A stretch of DNA of 64,000 nucleotides. Source: Nitrospirota bacterium (GTDB taxonomy: Bacteria; Nitrospirota; UBA9217). Made by a program: the position numbers and the translations under genes. Shown one piece after another: positions 50,298 to 61,565 of the stretch. Every line of letters starts with the position of its first letter. Positions within the stretch are counted from its first letter, which is position 1. The stretch is taken from contig CAWJQQ010000001.1 in assembly GCA_963845065.1 (NCBI GenBank), positions 384,001-448,000 of the forward strand, given 5' to 3'. The notes below the pieces were generated by a model. It was not told the DNA's origin, did not search any database, and saw only the letters and a program-made list of their open reading frames with translations.

Positions 50298-51545
50298 CTA
50301 CACATGCCCCAGTGCGTCCACGATGCTCATCTTTGCCGACCTCCGGGCAGGTACGAAAGCAGCTATCATCGAAAGCACGAGCATGAAGATCACGTTCCGG
50401 GTCAGCGCCGGCCATACGAGGTCAACGCGCAGGGGCACCGGATTCGATGATGCAGGCGGGACATAGGTCGGATGGGTCATCATGATGATGAAATAAACAC
50501 CGAAAAAGATGAGACTGCCGAACAGGCTTCCCAAAAGACCGAGCAGCATGCCTTCGGTGGAGAACAGGAGTTTTACTCCATACTGTTTGAATCCCAGTGC
50601 CCGGAGCGTGCCGATCTCCCGAGTCCGCTCCATGACGGTCATGCTCATGGTATTGATGACGCTCATGACCACGATCACCAGCACGATGGAAAAGATGAAG
50701 AAGAAGATCATATCGAACATGCTTTTGACCTGATTGTAGAAAACTGAGAGTTTCGCCCAGGTTTCGATCTCCACGTCGTACCCTGCTTTTGACAACAGGG
50801 CACTCATATTTTCTGCCGTGAGCGTGTCGGCATGTTCGTCGCCACCGTTCTTTAGGAGCACAACGAGCCTTTCAGCGCCTTGATAATCTACGAGGTCCTG
50901 GGCATGCCGAAACGTCATCAGCATCATCTTGTCGTTCGTTGCCGCCGTGCCGGTATTGAAGATGCCAACTACCTTGGCGTCAAGAGCGTTTGCCATTCCG
51001 GAATAGGAATTGCTCAGGATCACGGCATAGTCCTTCTGATTCAGGTTCAGCATTGCAGCCAGGTCCGAGCCCATGACGACACCTGCAGGCTCCTGGTCCG
51101 AAAGAAACGTTCCCGAGAAGCCTGGAAACTTCGTCAGGTCGCCGCGAATGACGGCGTCATCAGCCGGGACCAGGCCTTCACCGATGAAAATCGTGGAGTT
51201 TTTTCCGTTCGAAACTATACCCGCTACCGAAAGACGCGGCGTGACCAGTTCTACGTTGGGGTCCCGCCTTAAAATGCCGGATATGGCCTCCACTTCGTCC
51301 TTATTGAACTGATATTTCTCGGGATGTAGCTTCCCCTGAATCTGGAACCCCTTTTTGAAGATCGTCAGGTGCCCCAGGCCCGCCCCGTGAATCGCGGCGT
51401 TTGTAAGACCCTGGTAGGTGCTGTGAACGTATCCCTGAAAAAGATTGATCGCACCAAACCCCAATGCGATTGCCAGGATCGTCATCAAGCTTCGACGTCC
51501 GTTTTTGAGTATGTTTCTGAGTGATATGGTCAACCACATGAACAT
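50298..51545 (-). CDS. ABC permease, MacB/FtsX/LolE family
   Basis: RNILKNGRRS, ERTREIGTLRALG, PARRSAK. Confidence 0.93.
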   Translation of the reverse strand: MFMWLTISLRNILKNGRRSLMTILAIALGFGAINLFQGYVHSTYQGLTNAAIHGAGLGHLTIFKKGFQIQGKLHPEKYQFNKDEVEAISGILRRDPNVELVTPRLSVAGIVSNGKNSTIFIGEGLVPADDAVIRGDLTKFPGFSGTFLSDQEPAGVVMGSDLAAMLNLNQKDYAVILSNSYSGMANALDAKVVGIFNTGTAATNDKMMLMTFRHAQDLVDYQGAERLVVLLKNGGDEHADTLTAENMSALLSKAGYDVEIETWAKLSVFYNQVKSMFDMIFFFIFSIVLVIVVMSVINTMSMTVMERTREIGTLRALGFKQYGVKLLFSTEGMLLGLLGSLFGSLIFFGVYFIIMMTHPTYVPPASSNPVPLRVDLVWPALTRNVIFMLVLSMIAAFVPARRSAKMSIVDALGHV

Positions 51546-51743
51546 AAGCGACCTCGCTTTCTTCTCATCAAGTCCAGCCGGAACCAAATGTTCGACTGAA
51601 CTCACCACAAAGTTTTGAAACCGCTAAAATGCGAAGGACGTAATGAGAATCATTAAATTGTTGGTTTACACATTAAAATATCCACATTATTTGCGTTTTC
51701 TAAGTAAATATTATTGCCTCTTGCACAGAATGATGGATAAAAC

Positions 51744-52412
51744 TTAAACGATTATTCCGTCCTCCAGCCGTATGACCCGTTTGACCTCGTTAATGAGCCG
51801 TTGATCGTGCGTTGAAAAAATGAAAGTGACTTCCTCTTTTTCATTCAGGTCCTTCATGAGATCGATGATCGACTGAGCGGTCACGTGGTCCAAATTTGCC
51901 GTTGGTTCATCTGCGAGGATGAGGAGCGGCTTTGTTATCAGAGCCCGTGCAATCGCCACACGTTGCCGCTGACCCCCAGACAACTTGTCTGGTCGATGAT
52001 TCAGGAAATCAGCCAGACCCACCTCATCGAGACGCTGTGCCGCCTCCGACCGTATAGTGGACAGGCGGCCTCCCCGGATCTGGAGCGCAAGCATGACGTT
52101 CTCCAGAGCCGTGAGGACCGAAACAAGGTTAAAGTTCTGGAACACGTATCCGATGGTCCTATTTCGCTGTTCCGCCCTCTGGTTGTCCGTCAGCAGTGAA
52201 ATGTCCTGGTCGTTGATGATGACCCGACCATCAGTCGGATCATCGATGGCCCCCGCAAGATTGAGGAGTGTGGTTTTCCCGCTTCCCGACGCGCCGAGTA
52301 TTGCCGTGAATTCTCCCTTTTGAACTGCCATGTCGACGCCGCGTAAGGCATGGACCGTAGTTTCTCCCAGACGATAATCTTTTTTTACATTTTGGAATTC
52401 GAGAATGTTCAT
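51744..52412 (-). CDS. ABC ATP-binding protein (LolD-like)
   Basis: GASGSGKT, LSGGQRQR, ADEPT. Confidence 0.95.
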   Translation of the reverse strand: MNILEFQNVKKDYRLGETTVHALRGVDMAVQKGEFTAILGASGSGKTTLLNLAGAIDDPTDGRVIINDQDISLLTDNQRAEQRNRTIGYVFQNFNLVSVLTALENVMLALQIRGGRLSTIRSEAAQRLDEVGLADFLNHRPDKLSGGQRQRVAIARALITKPLLILADEPTANLDHVTAQSIIDLMKDLNEKEEVTFIFSTHDQRLINEVKRVIRLEDGIIV

Positions 52413-52603
52413 TGTGCACCTCTTCTTCTGACTTGCGATCAGTTCAACAACATTAAACTCATCAGTCCCTCAACAATGAAAATAACGCGTATCCTATCCT
52501 TATGATACTATGATATAAAAGATTGACTGTGTTGACAATGATAATGCGATGGATGGGCCAAATGGGGGCTCAAAAGGCAGAAATGACGGATGAACGGTGT
52601 CTC

Positions 52604-53365
52604 CTACATTTGTTTAAAGAGATGGGAATAGGCCCGGCTCACCGAGAGGTCATCCCGTATATCCTTGAACTGTATCATGTACGTGCCTGCCAAAGAGTGA
52701 CTTACACTCTGAATGGTTCTTGCGTTCACAATGGCAGCCCGGTGTACGCGCCAGAATTGGTCCGGGTCGAGCTCCTGTTCCAGTTTCTTGATTGTCTTCC
52801 GAATCAGGAATTCCCCGTCCTTGGTCCTTACCGTTGTGTATTTGTCCGTCGCTCGGAAATAATAGATATCTCCGACAGGGATAAGTCGTACACCATCTTT
52901 GTGTTGCGTTTTGATCCACTGAAGGTGCCCAGGGAACTTTTGAAAAGATAGGGCAACCTTTTCGATAATTTCAGAGAAATTAGGAGACACAGGCTGTGCA
53001 GAATTCAGTCGTTCCCTGAGACGATTCACTGTTTTTTCCAGCCGTTCGTCCGTGACGGGTTTTACAAGATAATCGAGGGCCTCGTTTTCAAAAGCCTCCA
53101 CCGCATATTGGTGATAGGCGGTGATGAATACGATGCTACAGGTTCCGGCAATCCTCCGCGCCACTTCGATCCCTGAAACACCCGGCATTTGGATGTCGAG
53201 AAAGGCAACATCCGGTTTGGCATCTTCAATCAGACGCAACGCAGTGGCCCCGTCCCCAACTTCACCGGCGATGACCAACTCGGGCCAAGCGGCTGAAAGT
53301 TTTTTTCTGAGATAGCTGCGGAGGGTCTCCTCATCATCAGCTATGATGGCTCGAATCGGTTTCAT
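52604..53365 (-). CDS. LytTR-family response regulator
   Basis: ADDE, FLDIQMP, FWRVHRAAIVN, VSRAY. Confidence 0.95.
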   Translation of the reverse strand: MKPIRAIIADDEETLRSYLRKKLSAAWPELVIAGEVGDGATALRLIEDAKPDVAFLDIQMPGVSGIEVARRIAGTCSIVFITAYHQYAVEAFENEALDYLVKPVTDERLEKTVNRLRERLNSAQPVSPNFSEIIEKVALSFQKFPGHLQWIKTQHKDGVRLIPVGDIYYFRATDKYTTVRTKDGEFLIRKTIKKLEQELDPDQFWRVHRAAIVNARTIQSVSHSLAGTYMIQFKDIRDDLSVSRAYSHLFKQM

Positions 53366-54416
53366 AGGGTATCTCGATTACCACCTTAACACCCGATGGC
53401 TCATTCTCCTCAAAGGTCAACCTGCTGCGCCCATGGTACAGCAGGTCCAGCCGCTTTCTGATATTTTTTAGGCTGATGCCGTTGCCGGGACTCGATTCAT
53501 TGATTCCCATCCCTGAATCAGATATTATAATCCTGACGTAGTCCCCGTCCCGATGGCCCTGGATCAGCAGATCGCCACCGCGTATCGAGGGCTCTAAGCC
53601 ATGTTTTACGGCATTTTCCACCAAAGGCTGGATGACCAGCGGCGGGATCCGAAAGTCGCGAAGGCTATCGGGAATGTCAATCGTATAGCGAAGACGATCT
53701 CCCATGCGTACGGTATAGATATTGAGATAGTTTCTTACCACGTCCAGTTCCTGTGAAAGCGTCGTTGTTTCGCCGCGTCCAGTTATGAGAGATGTACGCA
53801 GGAACGCGGTAAAAGACTCGAGCATTCGCTTGGCTTTATTCGGCTCGTTGTCGATTAAACTGAGGATCGTAGAGAGCGTATTAAACAGGAAGTGCGGTTC
53901 CATCTGCGATTGGAGGAGTTTGATCTCCGTCACGATGGCGTTTTTTTCCACTTCCAGTCTTTTTATTTTTTCGTCTGATAATTTCTGGATCGAGACGAAC
54001 ACATAGCTGACAATAGAGCCGAAGAGAAGAGCATAGAACAGGGTAGACAAGTAGAACCTGATTTTCATGTCCGGCGGCATCGCGGCACCGACGTCCATAT
54101 GCAGAAGACGGGTCGCAGCAGTGCCAAGAATGACGCCGATGATCGCTCCCAGGATTACGGCCACAATGATCAGAGCCGCCTGCAGGCCCACCCGTTCAAT
54201 CTTGATAAAATTTGACGCTGCGATTACACAACCGGCGATGGAAATTCCAATGCACTGGGAAAATATAAAACTAACGATAAACGTGCTTTCCGGATGGATT
54301 GAGATGAAAATCAGGGCGATAAGGGTATTCACGGCAAGGATAGAGAGGATTTTGCCGGAGGAGAATTTAAAATATATCGGTGAATGCACTAAGTGCATCG
54401 TTGGTTGCTCTTGCAT
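53337..54416 (-). CDS. LytS-family sensor histidine kinase
   Basis: LQSQMEPHFLFNTL, QPLVENAVKHG; four TMs. Confidence 0.93.
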   Translation of the reverse strand: MQEQPTMHLVHSPIYFKFSSGKILSILAVNTLIALIFISIHPESTFIVSFIFSQCIGISIAGCVIAASNFIKIERVGLQAALIIVAVILGAIIGVILGTAATRLLHMDVGAAMPPDMKIRFYLSTLFYALLFGSIVSYVFVSIQKLSDEKIKRLEVEKNAIVTEIKLLQSQMEPHFLFNTLSTILSLIDNEPNKAKRMLESFTAFLRTSLITGRGETTTLSQELDVVRNYLNIYTVRMGDRLRYTIDIPDSLRDFRIPPLVIQPLVENAVKHGLEPSIRGGDLLIQGHRDGDYVRIIISDSGMGINESSPGNGISLKNIRKRLDLLYHGRSRLTFEENEPSGVKVVIEIPYETDSSHHS

Positions 54417-54739
54417 GGATTTCCTATTTTTTCGTTTCGGTTCAACAGTCTGGGATCGTACCGAATTCCAATGGTTACGAGAAAAAGAATCAGCTGCTAA
54501 TACCATTTTAAAAGCTAGCTTATCACAGTTCGGGGAAAAAGTGTAGGATGGGCTTTCCATTGGATGGTGTTCCAGCATCGGCATGCAATAATTCCGCAAC
54601 AACATCTTCCCCACTTGAGAACCTTTTGGAAAATAGATAATTGCCTTTTCACCAAAAATATTCAAGCGCTCTGTTTTGCGCGATTTTTTAACATCCTCGG
54701 ACTGGCCTTCTTTCTATTTGAACTCACCTAATGAAACGG

Positions 54740-55350
54740 ATATTGCTTACCGGTGCACAACTTAACCCGTATGTAATATCAACAACGAGGATTAGAAATA
54801 TGGCCCATGATACTAGGGCCCACTGCAAAAGTAGAAGTAACCACTCCCAGGATAAACATTGTTATAAGAAATCCCGACAGCAACATACACGTTGAACGCA
54901 GGCAAATAGACTAACTGAGGCGTTTCGTCGGCATAAATCTATTGCGGAGGTGTGTATTGTCTTGGCGCTGGGTACATATCAGAGGAGGGGGGCGGAGGTA
55001 CTATATAAGGCGTTATCCAGGCATCTGCTCCCCATAGGAATAACATTCATTGGACATAGGCGTTGTCATATCTGCGTTGGGCTGACCTGCCATCAACTCT
55101 GCCTGAGTCTGAAACTATGGCTGCACTCAGCCCAGCTTCAATTGTCGTGCCCGCAACTGCTTCTGTTGCAACGCTACTATCATATGCCTACTGAACTGAC
55201 GCTCCAAGGTATCTCATTTCAGATTACTATCGATATTCTTAAACTACGTCAAATCAGGATACCTGAGAGGAAACTCCTACTAGTGTGCAACAATGACTCT
55301 CTAAAAAAATACGATATTCTGGTTGGAGCATTGTTGTACGCTATGATTCT
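54740..55350 (-). pseudogene. Two decayed exported-protein genes
   Basis: SAQRRYDNAYVQ* (Gly-zipper-associated pattern) and PQLVYLPAFNVYVAVGISY..; many stops. Confidence 0.45.
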
Positions 55351-55401
55351 GAAATGAAATTTAAGTAAATGCTTCCTGAACTCATGCCTCTAACATCTAG
55401 A

Positions 55402-55851
55402 TTAGTTTTTTACCCACTCGGCAAGGATATGACCCAAAAGAAATACACTAGCTAGGATAAAAAGAAAAGATACGACTTCAAGAAACCATATGGTAGCCCG
55501 ATTATACGAACGAGGGGAGTTGTTTGTCGTATCGGAAAGGGTAAGCTTGTTAGAAGATATTGCTAAACCCCTAGTGCTCTTTCTCACCCAGATTATGCAC
55601 CCGAAGAAGTATAGCGGAAGAATGATGAGAAAAAATCGTGGTAGGTTCAGAAACATAGAAAATATGATAGCTAATGGCACGCAAATTATCAAGAGGCGCT
55701 TTATAGCAAGTCGAAACCCGTCTTTTCTATCATCGGGAAGAATATATCCTTTGCCGAGTACCCCCCATGGATAAAATATTGTATTCCCTTTTTCATCTGT
55801 TTTAAATGAAGTATTCGTGAGCCCGTCAAAGTATCCCAAATTATACCTCAT
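55402..55851 (-). CDS. Hypothetical membrane protein
   Basis: 149-aa ORF with three TMs, AT-rich. Confidence 0.7.
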   Translation of the reverse strand: MRYNLGYFDGLTNTSFKTDEKGNTIFYPWGVLGKGYILPDDRKDGFRLAIKRLLIICVPLAIIFSMFLNLPRFFLIILPLYFFGCIIWVRKSTRGLAISSNKLTLSDTTNNSPRSYNRATIWFLEVVSFLFILASVFLLGHILAEWVKN

Positions 55852-56115
55852 ACATAACGTTGCAATAAGTAAGAAGATCTAGCCAAGTACGAAAATTCTA
55901 ACATAACAGTGTGGCAAAAAAGCTCATGTAATACATTTAAATATATGCCTGATTTACGAAGATGTCAATGGCATCGGAAGGTATTGTCATCGCGGGGCAT
56001 CGGGGGGGTATGTGTATCGGGGAGTATGTGGAATTTATAAAATATGAGAAGACGTATTATACTCTCAGCAGTACATTTTCACCCCTATCCCGACTTCCCC
56101 TCCGTTACGAATATT

Positions 56116-56862
56116 TTATTGATTCCAATGTCGCGTCCCCGCCTTCTCCACCGCCTCCACGAGCCGCTCAATTCCTTTTCCGTTATCTGCTGCGGTCACG
56201 ATGACAGGCGGTCTCGGTCTGTTGCTGGGCCGGAGGTGTACCATAGTATTCAGCTCCTGCGCCGTTGTCCTGGCGTTCGGCAAGTCGCTCTTGTTCACCA
56301 CGAAAACATCACCGATCTCCATGATTCCGGCCTTCATCATCTGGATGTCGTCTCCCATGTTCGGAGTGACGACAACAACGACGGTCTGGACCGCTTTCCG
56401 GACTGCTATCTCGCTCTGGCCCACGCCCGTTGTTTCGAGGAACACCGTATCCATGCCGAGCGCAGCCAGAATTGCCGCGGCGTCCTTCGCGGCTAACGAG
56501 AGCCCACCCGTTCCCTCCCGGGTTGCCATGCTCCGAACAAAGACCCCATCGTCATTGGCGTTGACATGCATCCTGATCCGGTCGCCCAGGAGCGCCCCGC
56601 CGGAAAGTGGGCTCGTGGGATCAATAGCAATGACGCCGACCTTCTGGCCGCGCTTTCGAAGTATAGCGATCATTCCGTTGATGAGTGTGCTCTTACCGCT
56701 ACCCGGTGCGCCAGTGACACCGACGAGGCGCGCCCTGCCAATATGGGGTTTAATCTCCTTCATGACGGCACGGGCTTTCTTCCTGTCGTTTTCTACGATC
56801 GAGATGAGTTGCGCGGCCGCCTGTTTATTACCCTGAAGCAGTTCGTGTATGAGTTTTTTCAT
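56116..56862 (-). CDS. meaB: Acyl-CoA mutase-associated GTPase (short form)
   Basis: GAPGSGKS, DPTSPLSGGALLGDRIRM, ETTGVGQSE, NKSD. Confidence 0.92.
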   Translation of the reverse strand: MKKLIHELLQGNKQAAAQLISIVENDRKKARAVMKEIKPHIGRARLVGVTGAPGSGKSTLINGMIAILRKRGQKVGVIAIDPTSPLSGGALLGDRIRMHVNANDDGVFVRSMATREGTGGLSLAAKDAAAILAALGMDTVFLETTGVGQSEIAVRKAVQTVVVVVTPNMGDDIQMMKAGIMEIGDVFVVNKSDLPNARTTAQELNTMVHLRPSNRPRPPVIVTAADNGKGIERLVEAVEKAGTRHWNQ

Positions 56863-57080
56863 CGTAGTGTACAACGAAATCGCGTCACGCTACTCGCTTC
56901 CTGCACGGTCTTGCTCGGCGTTTAGTAGGTACAAATCATGGACGCGCGGAAGTCGGATGGCCGAGCAGTTTCTGGATCGAGCAGATAAACGTAGTTATAC
57001 CGAAGTAAGTGCAGTGTGTAAGACTTTCTTTACAGCAAGATCAAGAATGACGTCAGAAAGCTGACGCTATGACGAAGAAC

Positions 57081-57310
57081 TTATGAATTATTGACCATCC
57101 TCTTGATGCCGTCCATTATATGCGGAATATTCAAATTGGACAAAAACCATAATTTATATTTCCTCATCTTGAGTTATGTTAATAGCTCCGCCTCTTGAAT
57201 TGGCAAAAGCTTTTTAAAAGATTGTTTTCAATAAAGGTGGAATCGCCCACAATCATTGCTATCCGGCAACCTGCATCAATGAAGGTTTTATTGAAATGAA
57301 CGCTGTTTTC
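57081..57310 (-). pseudogene. GxxExxY (PD-(D/E)XK) protein fragment
   Basis: IDAGCRIAMIVGD..LLPIQEAELLT*LKM..NLNIPHIMDGIKRMVN. Confidence 0.7.
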
Positions 57311-57327
57311 ACGTTTATCATAACATT

Positions 57328-57744
57328 TTATTTCACCACGCCCTCGATAAACTGAACGATCTCTTCGGTCGTTGCCCCGGGAGTAAAAATCGCAGCGACT
57401 CCCTTTTTCTTGAGTCGCGCCATGTCCTCCCCGGGAATGATGCCCCCACCGATGAGATGCGTCTTGTGCAGTCCCTCTTTTTTCATAAGCCCCAAGATCT
57501 CGGGTAACAGTACCGTATGCGCGCCGGATAGGAGGCTCACGCCGATCACATCAGCGTCTTCTTCCCTTGCTGCGCGAACGATCTCCTCAGGTGTGCGCCT
57601 TAGACCGAGGTAAATGACCTCCATGCCAGCGTCTCGGAGCGCCATGGCAACCACCTTGAGTCCCCGGTCGTGGCCATCGAGCCCCGCCTTGGCGAGAAGT
57701 ACGCGGATTTTTTTCTTAGAAAAGCGCTGGTTCTTTGTACTCAC
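57328..57744 (-). CDS. icmB: B12-binding small subunit of acyl-CoA mutase
   Basis: [20 protein letters not shown]. Confidence 0.88.
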   Translation of the reverse strand: MSTKNQRFSKKKIRVLLAKAGLDGHDRGLKVVAMALRDAGMEVIYLGLRRTPEEIVRAAREEDADVIGVSLLSGAHTVLLPEILGLMKKEGLHKTHLIGGGIIPGEDMARLKKKGVAAIFTPGATTEEIVQFIEGVVK

Positions 57745-59392
57745 CGAAGACCTCTTTCAGGGCACCACAGATCTCGCCCACCGTTGCATAGGCCGTTACC
57801 GCGTCGATTAAGAACGGCATCAGGTTCTCCTTTCCTGCCGCGGCCGACTTCAGCTTGGTTAACGACGATTTCCATCTCCTGGGATCCCGTTTTCTTCGCA
57901 GCTCTTTGATTGTCTTGACCTGATTCTTTTCAATTTCCGGACCTATCTTGAGTGTCTCAATTGGCTCTTCTTTCTCCACGAATTCATTCATTCCCACAAC
58001 GATCTTTTCCTTTCTCTCGATGGCTTGCTGATACCATTGAGCGCTCTTTGCGATCTCCCGCTGTGGGAACCCCTGCCCGATCGCCTCGACCATGCCGCCG
58101 AGGCTTTCGATCTTCTTGAAATAGACGTAAGCCTCCTGCTCCATTCTGTTGGTCAAAGCCTCGATAAAATAGGAGCCGCCCAGGGGATCGATGACGTTAG
58201 CTACGCCACTTTCGTGGGCAAGGATTTGTTGCGTTCTCACCGCGATGGTCACGGCTTTTTCGGTCGGCAGGGCAAGCGTTTCGTCCATGGAGTTGGTATG
58301 GAGAGACTGTGTTCCGCCGAGCACCGCGGCAAGGGCCTGGATGGTTGTCCGAACGATATTGCTATACGGCTGCTGGGCCGTGAGGGAACATCCCGCGGTC
58401 TGTGTGTGGAACCGCATTTGTACCGAACGCTCGTCCTTTGGATGATATCTCTCCCGTATCTCTCGCGCCCAGATCCTGCGTGCCGCCCGGAATTTCGAGA
58501 TCTCTTCGAAGAAATCATTATGGGAATTGAAAAAAAATGAGAGTCTGCCCGCGAATTTGTCTATTTTCATGCCCGCCTTGACACAGGCGTCCACGTAGGT
58601 AAGACCGTCGATAAGGGTAAAAGCGAGTTCCTGCACGGCACTCGATCCAGCCTCGCGGATGTGGTAGCCGCTGATGCTGATGGGGTGCCATCGGGGAACG
58701 TTTTTCATGCAGAAGGCGATGGTGTCCGTGATGAGCCTCAAGGACGGCTGCGGAGGATAGATCCACTCCTTTTGGGCGATGTATTCTTTGAGGATATCGT
58801 TCTGGATCGTTCCGCCGAGCAGGGAAAGCGGGATCTTTCGCTTTTGCGCCATGGCGAGATACATAGCGAAGAGCACCGAGGCCGGCGCGTTGATCGTCAT
58901 CGAGGTCGTAATTCTGTCGAGCGGGATATCCTTAAAGAGGAGTTCCATATCATCGAGCGAATCGACGGCGACGCCGCATCTGCCGACTTCACCCCTGGAC
59001 AGGAGGTGATCTGAATCGTAGCCCATCAGGGTAGGGAGGTCAAAAGCCACGCTCAAGCCCGTCTCGCCCTTTTTCAATAGATAATGGAACCGCCTGTTCG
59101 TCTGCTTCGCCGCGCCATATCCTGAGAATTGCCGTATGGTCCAAAGACGGCTTCTATACATCGAAGGATAGATTCCCCGGGTATAGGGAAACTCGCCCGG
59201 GAATCCGATGGTCTTGTCGAAATCGATGGTATCAACATCTGCCGGAGTATAGAGCGGCTCGTCTATCGAAAGAGCAGACACGGTTGTGAAGGAGGCTAGT
59301 CGTTCAGGCAGTTTTTTGAGGCTAGGACGCAGCGTTTCTCGGGTCCATCGTTTCTTTTCAACACTGAACGCCGGGGTGGTTTTTTTTGCCAT
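57716..59392 (-). CDS. icmA: Acyl-CoA mutase large subunit, isobutyryl-CoA mutase type
   Basis: MCM TIM barrel; specificity residues RQFSG (Phe) and KEYIAQKE (Gln). Confidence 0.85.
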   Translation of the reverse strand: MAKKTTPAFSVEKKRWTRETLRPSLKKLPERLASFTTVSALSIDEPLYTPADVDTIDFDKTIGFPGEFPYTRGIYPSMYRSRLWTIRQFSGYGAAKQTNRRFHYLLKKGETGLSVAFDLPTLMGYDSDHLLSRGEVGRCGVAVDSLDDMELLFKDIPLDRITTSMTINAPASVLFAMYLAMAQKRKIPLSLLGGTIQNDILKEYIAQKEWIYPPQPSLRLITDTIAFCMKNVPRWHPISISGYHIREAGSSAVQELAFTLIDGLTYVDACVKAGMKIDKFAGRLSFFFNSHNDFFEEISKFRAARRIWAREIRERYHPKDERSVQMRFHTQTAGCSLTAQQPYSNIVRTTIQALAAVLGGTQSLHTNSMDETLALPTEKAVTIAVRTQQILAHESGVANVIDPLGGSYFIEALTNRMEQEAYVYFKKIESLGGMVEAIGQGFPQREIAKSAQWYQQAIERKEKIVVGMNEFVEKEEPIETLKIGPEIEKNQVKTIKELRRKRDPRRWKSSLTKLKSAAAGKENLMPFLIDAVTAYATVGEICGALKEVFGEYKEPALF

Positions 59393-59593
59393 GGTCTCGT
59401 TACCGTCCTCTTACTTTTTAAAATATAGCATGAATCATGGCGCTTGTCACATGTACAGCGCGACCGAAGCAACACCGGCCACTCCTGCCTGATAATTCTG
59501 GACCTGCGGCAAGGAAATGATAAATCCGAAGAAGCGGTGCAGACCTGACGGTATGATAAGGGGAGAAGATAATAAACATTTATTTGCCCCTAG

Positions 59594-61152
59594 GAGTCTG
59601 TCGGACTTAACGATCTAATCCGAAGACTATTTGTTCAAAGTTCTGTGATCATCAGCATTTTGATCGGTTCTCATCGATCAAAGTAGCTTGTAGTCTGTTC
59701 TTTCTTATCACTATTAACTCAAGGCATGCAGCCTTTTCAGGTTCCAGGCGATGCAGACCAAGTCCCATTCGCCTTGTGCCGACTCAAAGCCTCGCAGCAG
59801 GAACTGCCGGAACCCCATGACTGCCTTGATAATGCCGAAGACTGGTTCCACCGTACTTTTGCGTTTGGCGTAAAGTTTTTTCCCAGCCAGTGTCCGAAGC
59901 CGGTGCTTCATCCTCTTAACCGCATCAGCACCGTCAGGCAGCGGCAACGGCTCACGGAATCGATTCATGAGCGGCTGGTTGTGCTGATCCCGACCAAAGG
60001 CAATATACGGCGTGATCTTGTTTTTCTCGCAAGCACCAACGTTGGTTTCGCTGTAGAAGCCGTTGTCGCTAATAAGCGAATCTACCGTACCAAGCGCGTG
60101 AGGTAGTGCCACAAGGTTGGCGACTGCTGGTTCCAGCTCACGCTTGTCGTTTGTTTGCTGACTCACGTGGCTGGTCACGATCATCATTGTATCGGTATCA
60201 ACGCCAGCCTGAGCATTGTAAGCCTGCTCAAAGCCTCCACCGGATTTTTTCATGATCCGGGATTCGCCATCCGTCAGGTTGACCTGGTCTCGGCCCTTGA
60301 CGCCGGGGGTCGGCGGCTGCGGTTTAGGACCGCGCGGCTTTTTGCCGGACCGCTGTTCTTTTTCGGCGCGCTCGGCCAGATTTTTATCATAGGCTTCTTT
60401 TTCCTGGGCGTAACGTTCGGCGGCTCGCCGCTCAATCTCGGCCTTGGCGTCGGCTATCGCCTTGAGCCGCTCGGTCCGCCGGGACAGTTCTTCCGGGATG
60501 TTCATTCCATCCGGTAGATCGGCTTGGTCGGCAGCTTCCGCCTGCCGAAGAAGTTCAGCCACTTCCGCCTTGAGCTGCTCTTCCAGCTTGCAGGCGTGAG
60601 CGTAACTCAAGGCCTTATGCTTGGAGGCATTTGCCTTGACCTTTGTCCCATCCAGACTCACGGTGCCCAGTTTTAAGATCCCCGTCTGCTGGGCGATGAG
60701 CAGGATCTGGACGAACAACGGCTTTAGCTGCGGCAAAAACCTCTTCCGGAACGCAGCAATCGTGTCATGATCCGGATGGGCATTGGCCGCGATAAACCGA
60801 AACGCTACGGAATCATAGGTGCTCCGCTCCAGTTTGCGGCTGGAGAACACCCCTGTAGCATATCCGTAGAACAGGAGCGCCAGAAGCATCTCCGGATTAT
60901 AGGGCTGTGATCCACGACCGGCATACGCGGTTTTCAAAGAACTAAGGTCAAGCTGGTCGACGATCTCCACAACGAACCGTGCGAGATGGTCTTCGGGCAG
61001 CCAGTCTTGAAGCGATGGTGGCAATAAATAGAGTGTTGACTGATCATAGTCGATAAACTTTACGCTCATCTTTGTTCAACCTCGCATATGCGTAATTGAA
61101 AAGCTAATCGACTATAGCATATTTTATTTCGTCGGGAAAGTCCGACAGACTC
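59594..61152 (-). mobile_element. IS1182 family element, intact
   Basis: Perfect 15-bp IR GAGTCTGTCGGACTT flanked by CTAG. Confidence 0.92.
59714..61069 (-). CDS. IS1182 transposase
   Basis: WLPEDHLAR, PDHDTIAAFR, DGTKVKANAS, YNAQ, VEPVFG. Confidence 0.95.
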   Translation of the reverse strand: MSVKFIDYDQSTLYLLPPSLQDWLPEDHLARFVVEIVDQLDLSSLKTAYAGRGSQPYNPEMLLALLFYGYATGVFSSRKLERSTYDSVAFRFIAANAHPDHDTIAAFRKRFLPQLKPLFVQILLIAQQTGILKLGTVSLDGTKVKANASKHKALSYAHACKLEEQLKAEVAELLRQAEAADQADLPDGMNIPEELSRRTERLKAIADAKAEIERRAAERYAQEKEAYDKNLAERAEKEQRSGKKPRGPKPQPPTPGVKGRDQVNLTDGESRIMKKSGGGFEQAYNAQAGVDTDTMMIVTSHVSQQTNDKRELEPAVANLVALPHALGTVDSLISDNGFYSETNVGACEKNKITPYIAFGRDQHNQPLMNRFREPLPLPDGADAVKRMKHRLRTLAGKKLYAKRKSTVEPVFGIIKAVMGFRQFLLRGFESAQGEWDLVCIAWNLKRLHALS

Positions 61153-61565
61153 CTAGGTAAAAATATTCAAACTTGTTTTGCATTTTAAATGCATAGTTTC
61201 CCGTGATAAAGAAATTATTGGTTGATCAGGATTAGGCTCAGTACAAGTCGGTATTATGCTATTCGCTCTTCTTCGTCTTCTCACTTCCCAGGAACGTATT
61301 AAGAATCTGCACAATCTGCTTACGCTTCGGCGGCGGGAGTCTTCCCCCGGAAGGGATGCATGTTACGTCCAGTATTCGCGACATGAATTGCTGTCGTTCT
61401 GCAGGAAGGAAGTCACATCGAAAGTTTCAACAGATATTCTTCACCTCAATTTAAATAGGAGCTCTGTAAAAAAAACATCTACAAGGTTGCTAATTGGGAG
61501 ATGCATAACGTGGTTGTAGCTTGTATCGCTCCCAGTGAAGATACCCTCTAATGCGGCTTGAAATA

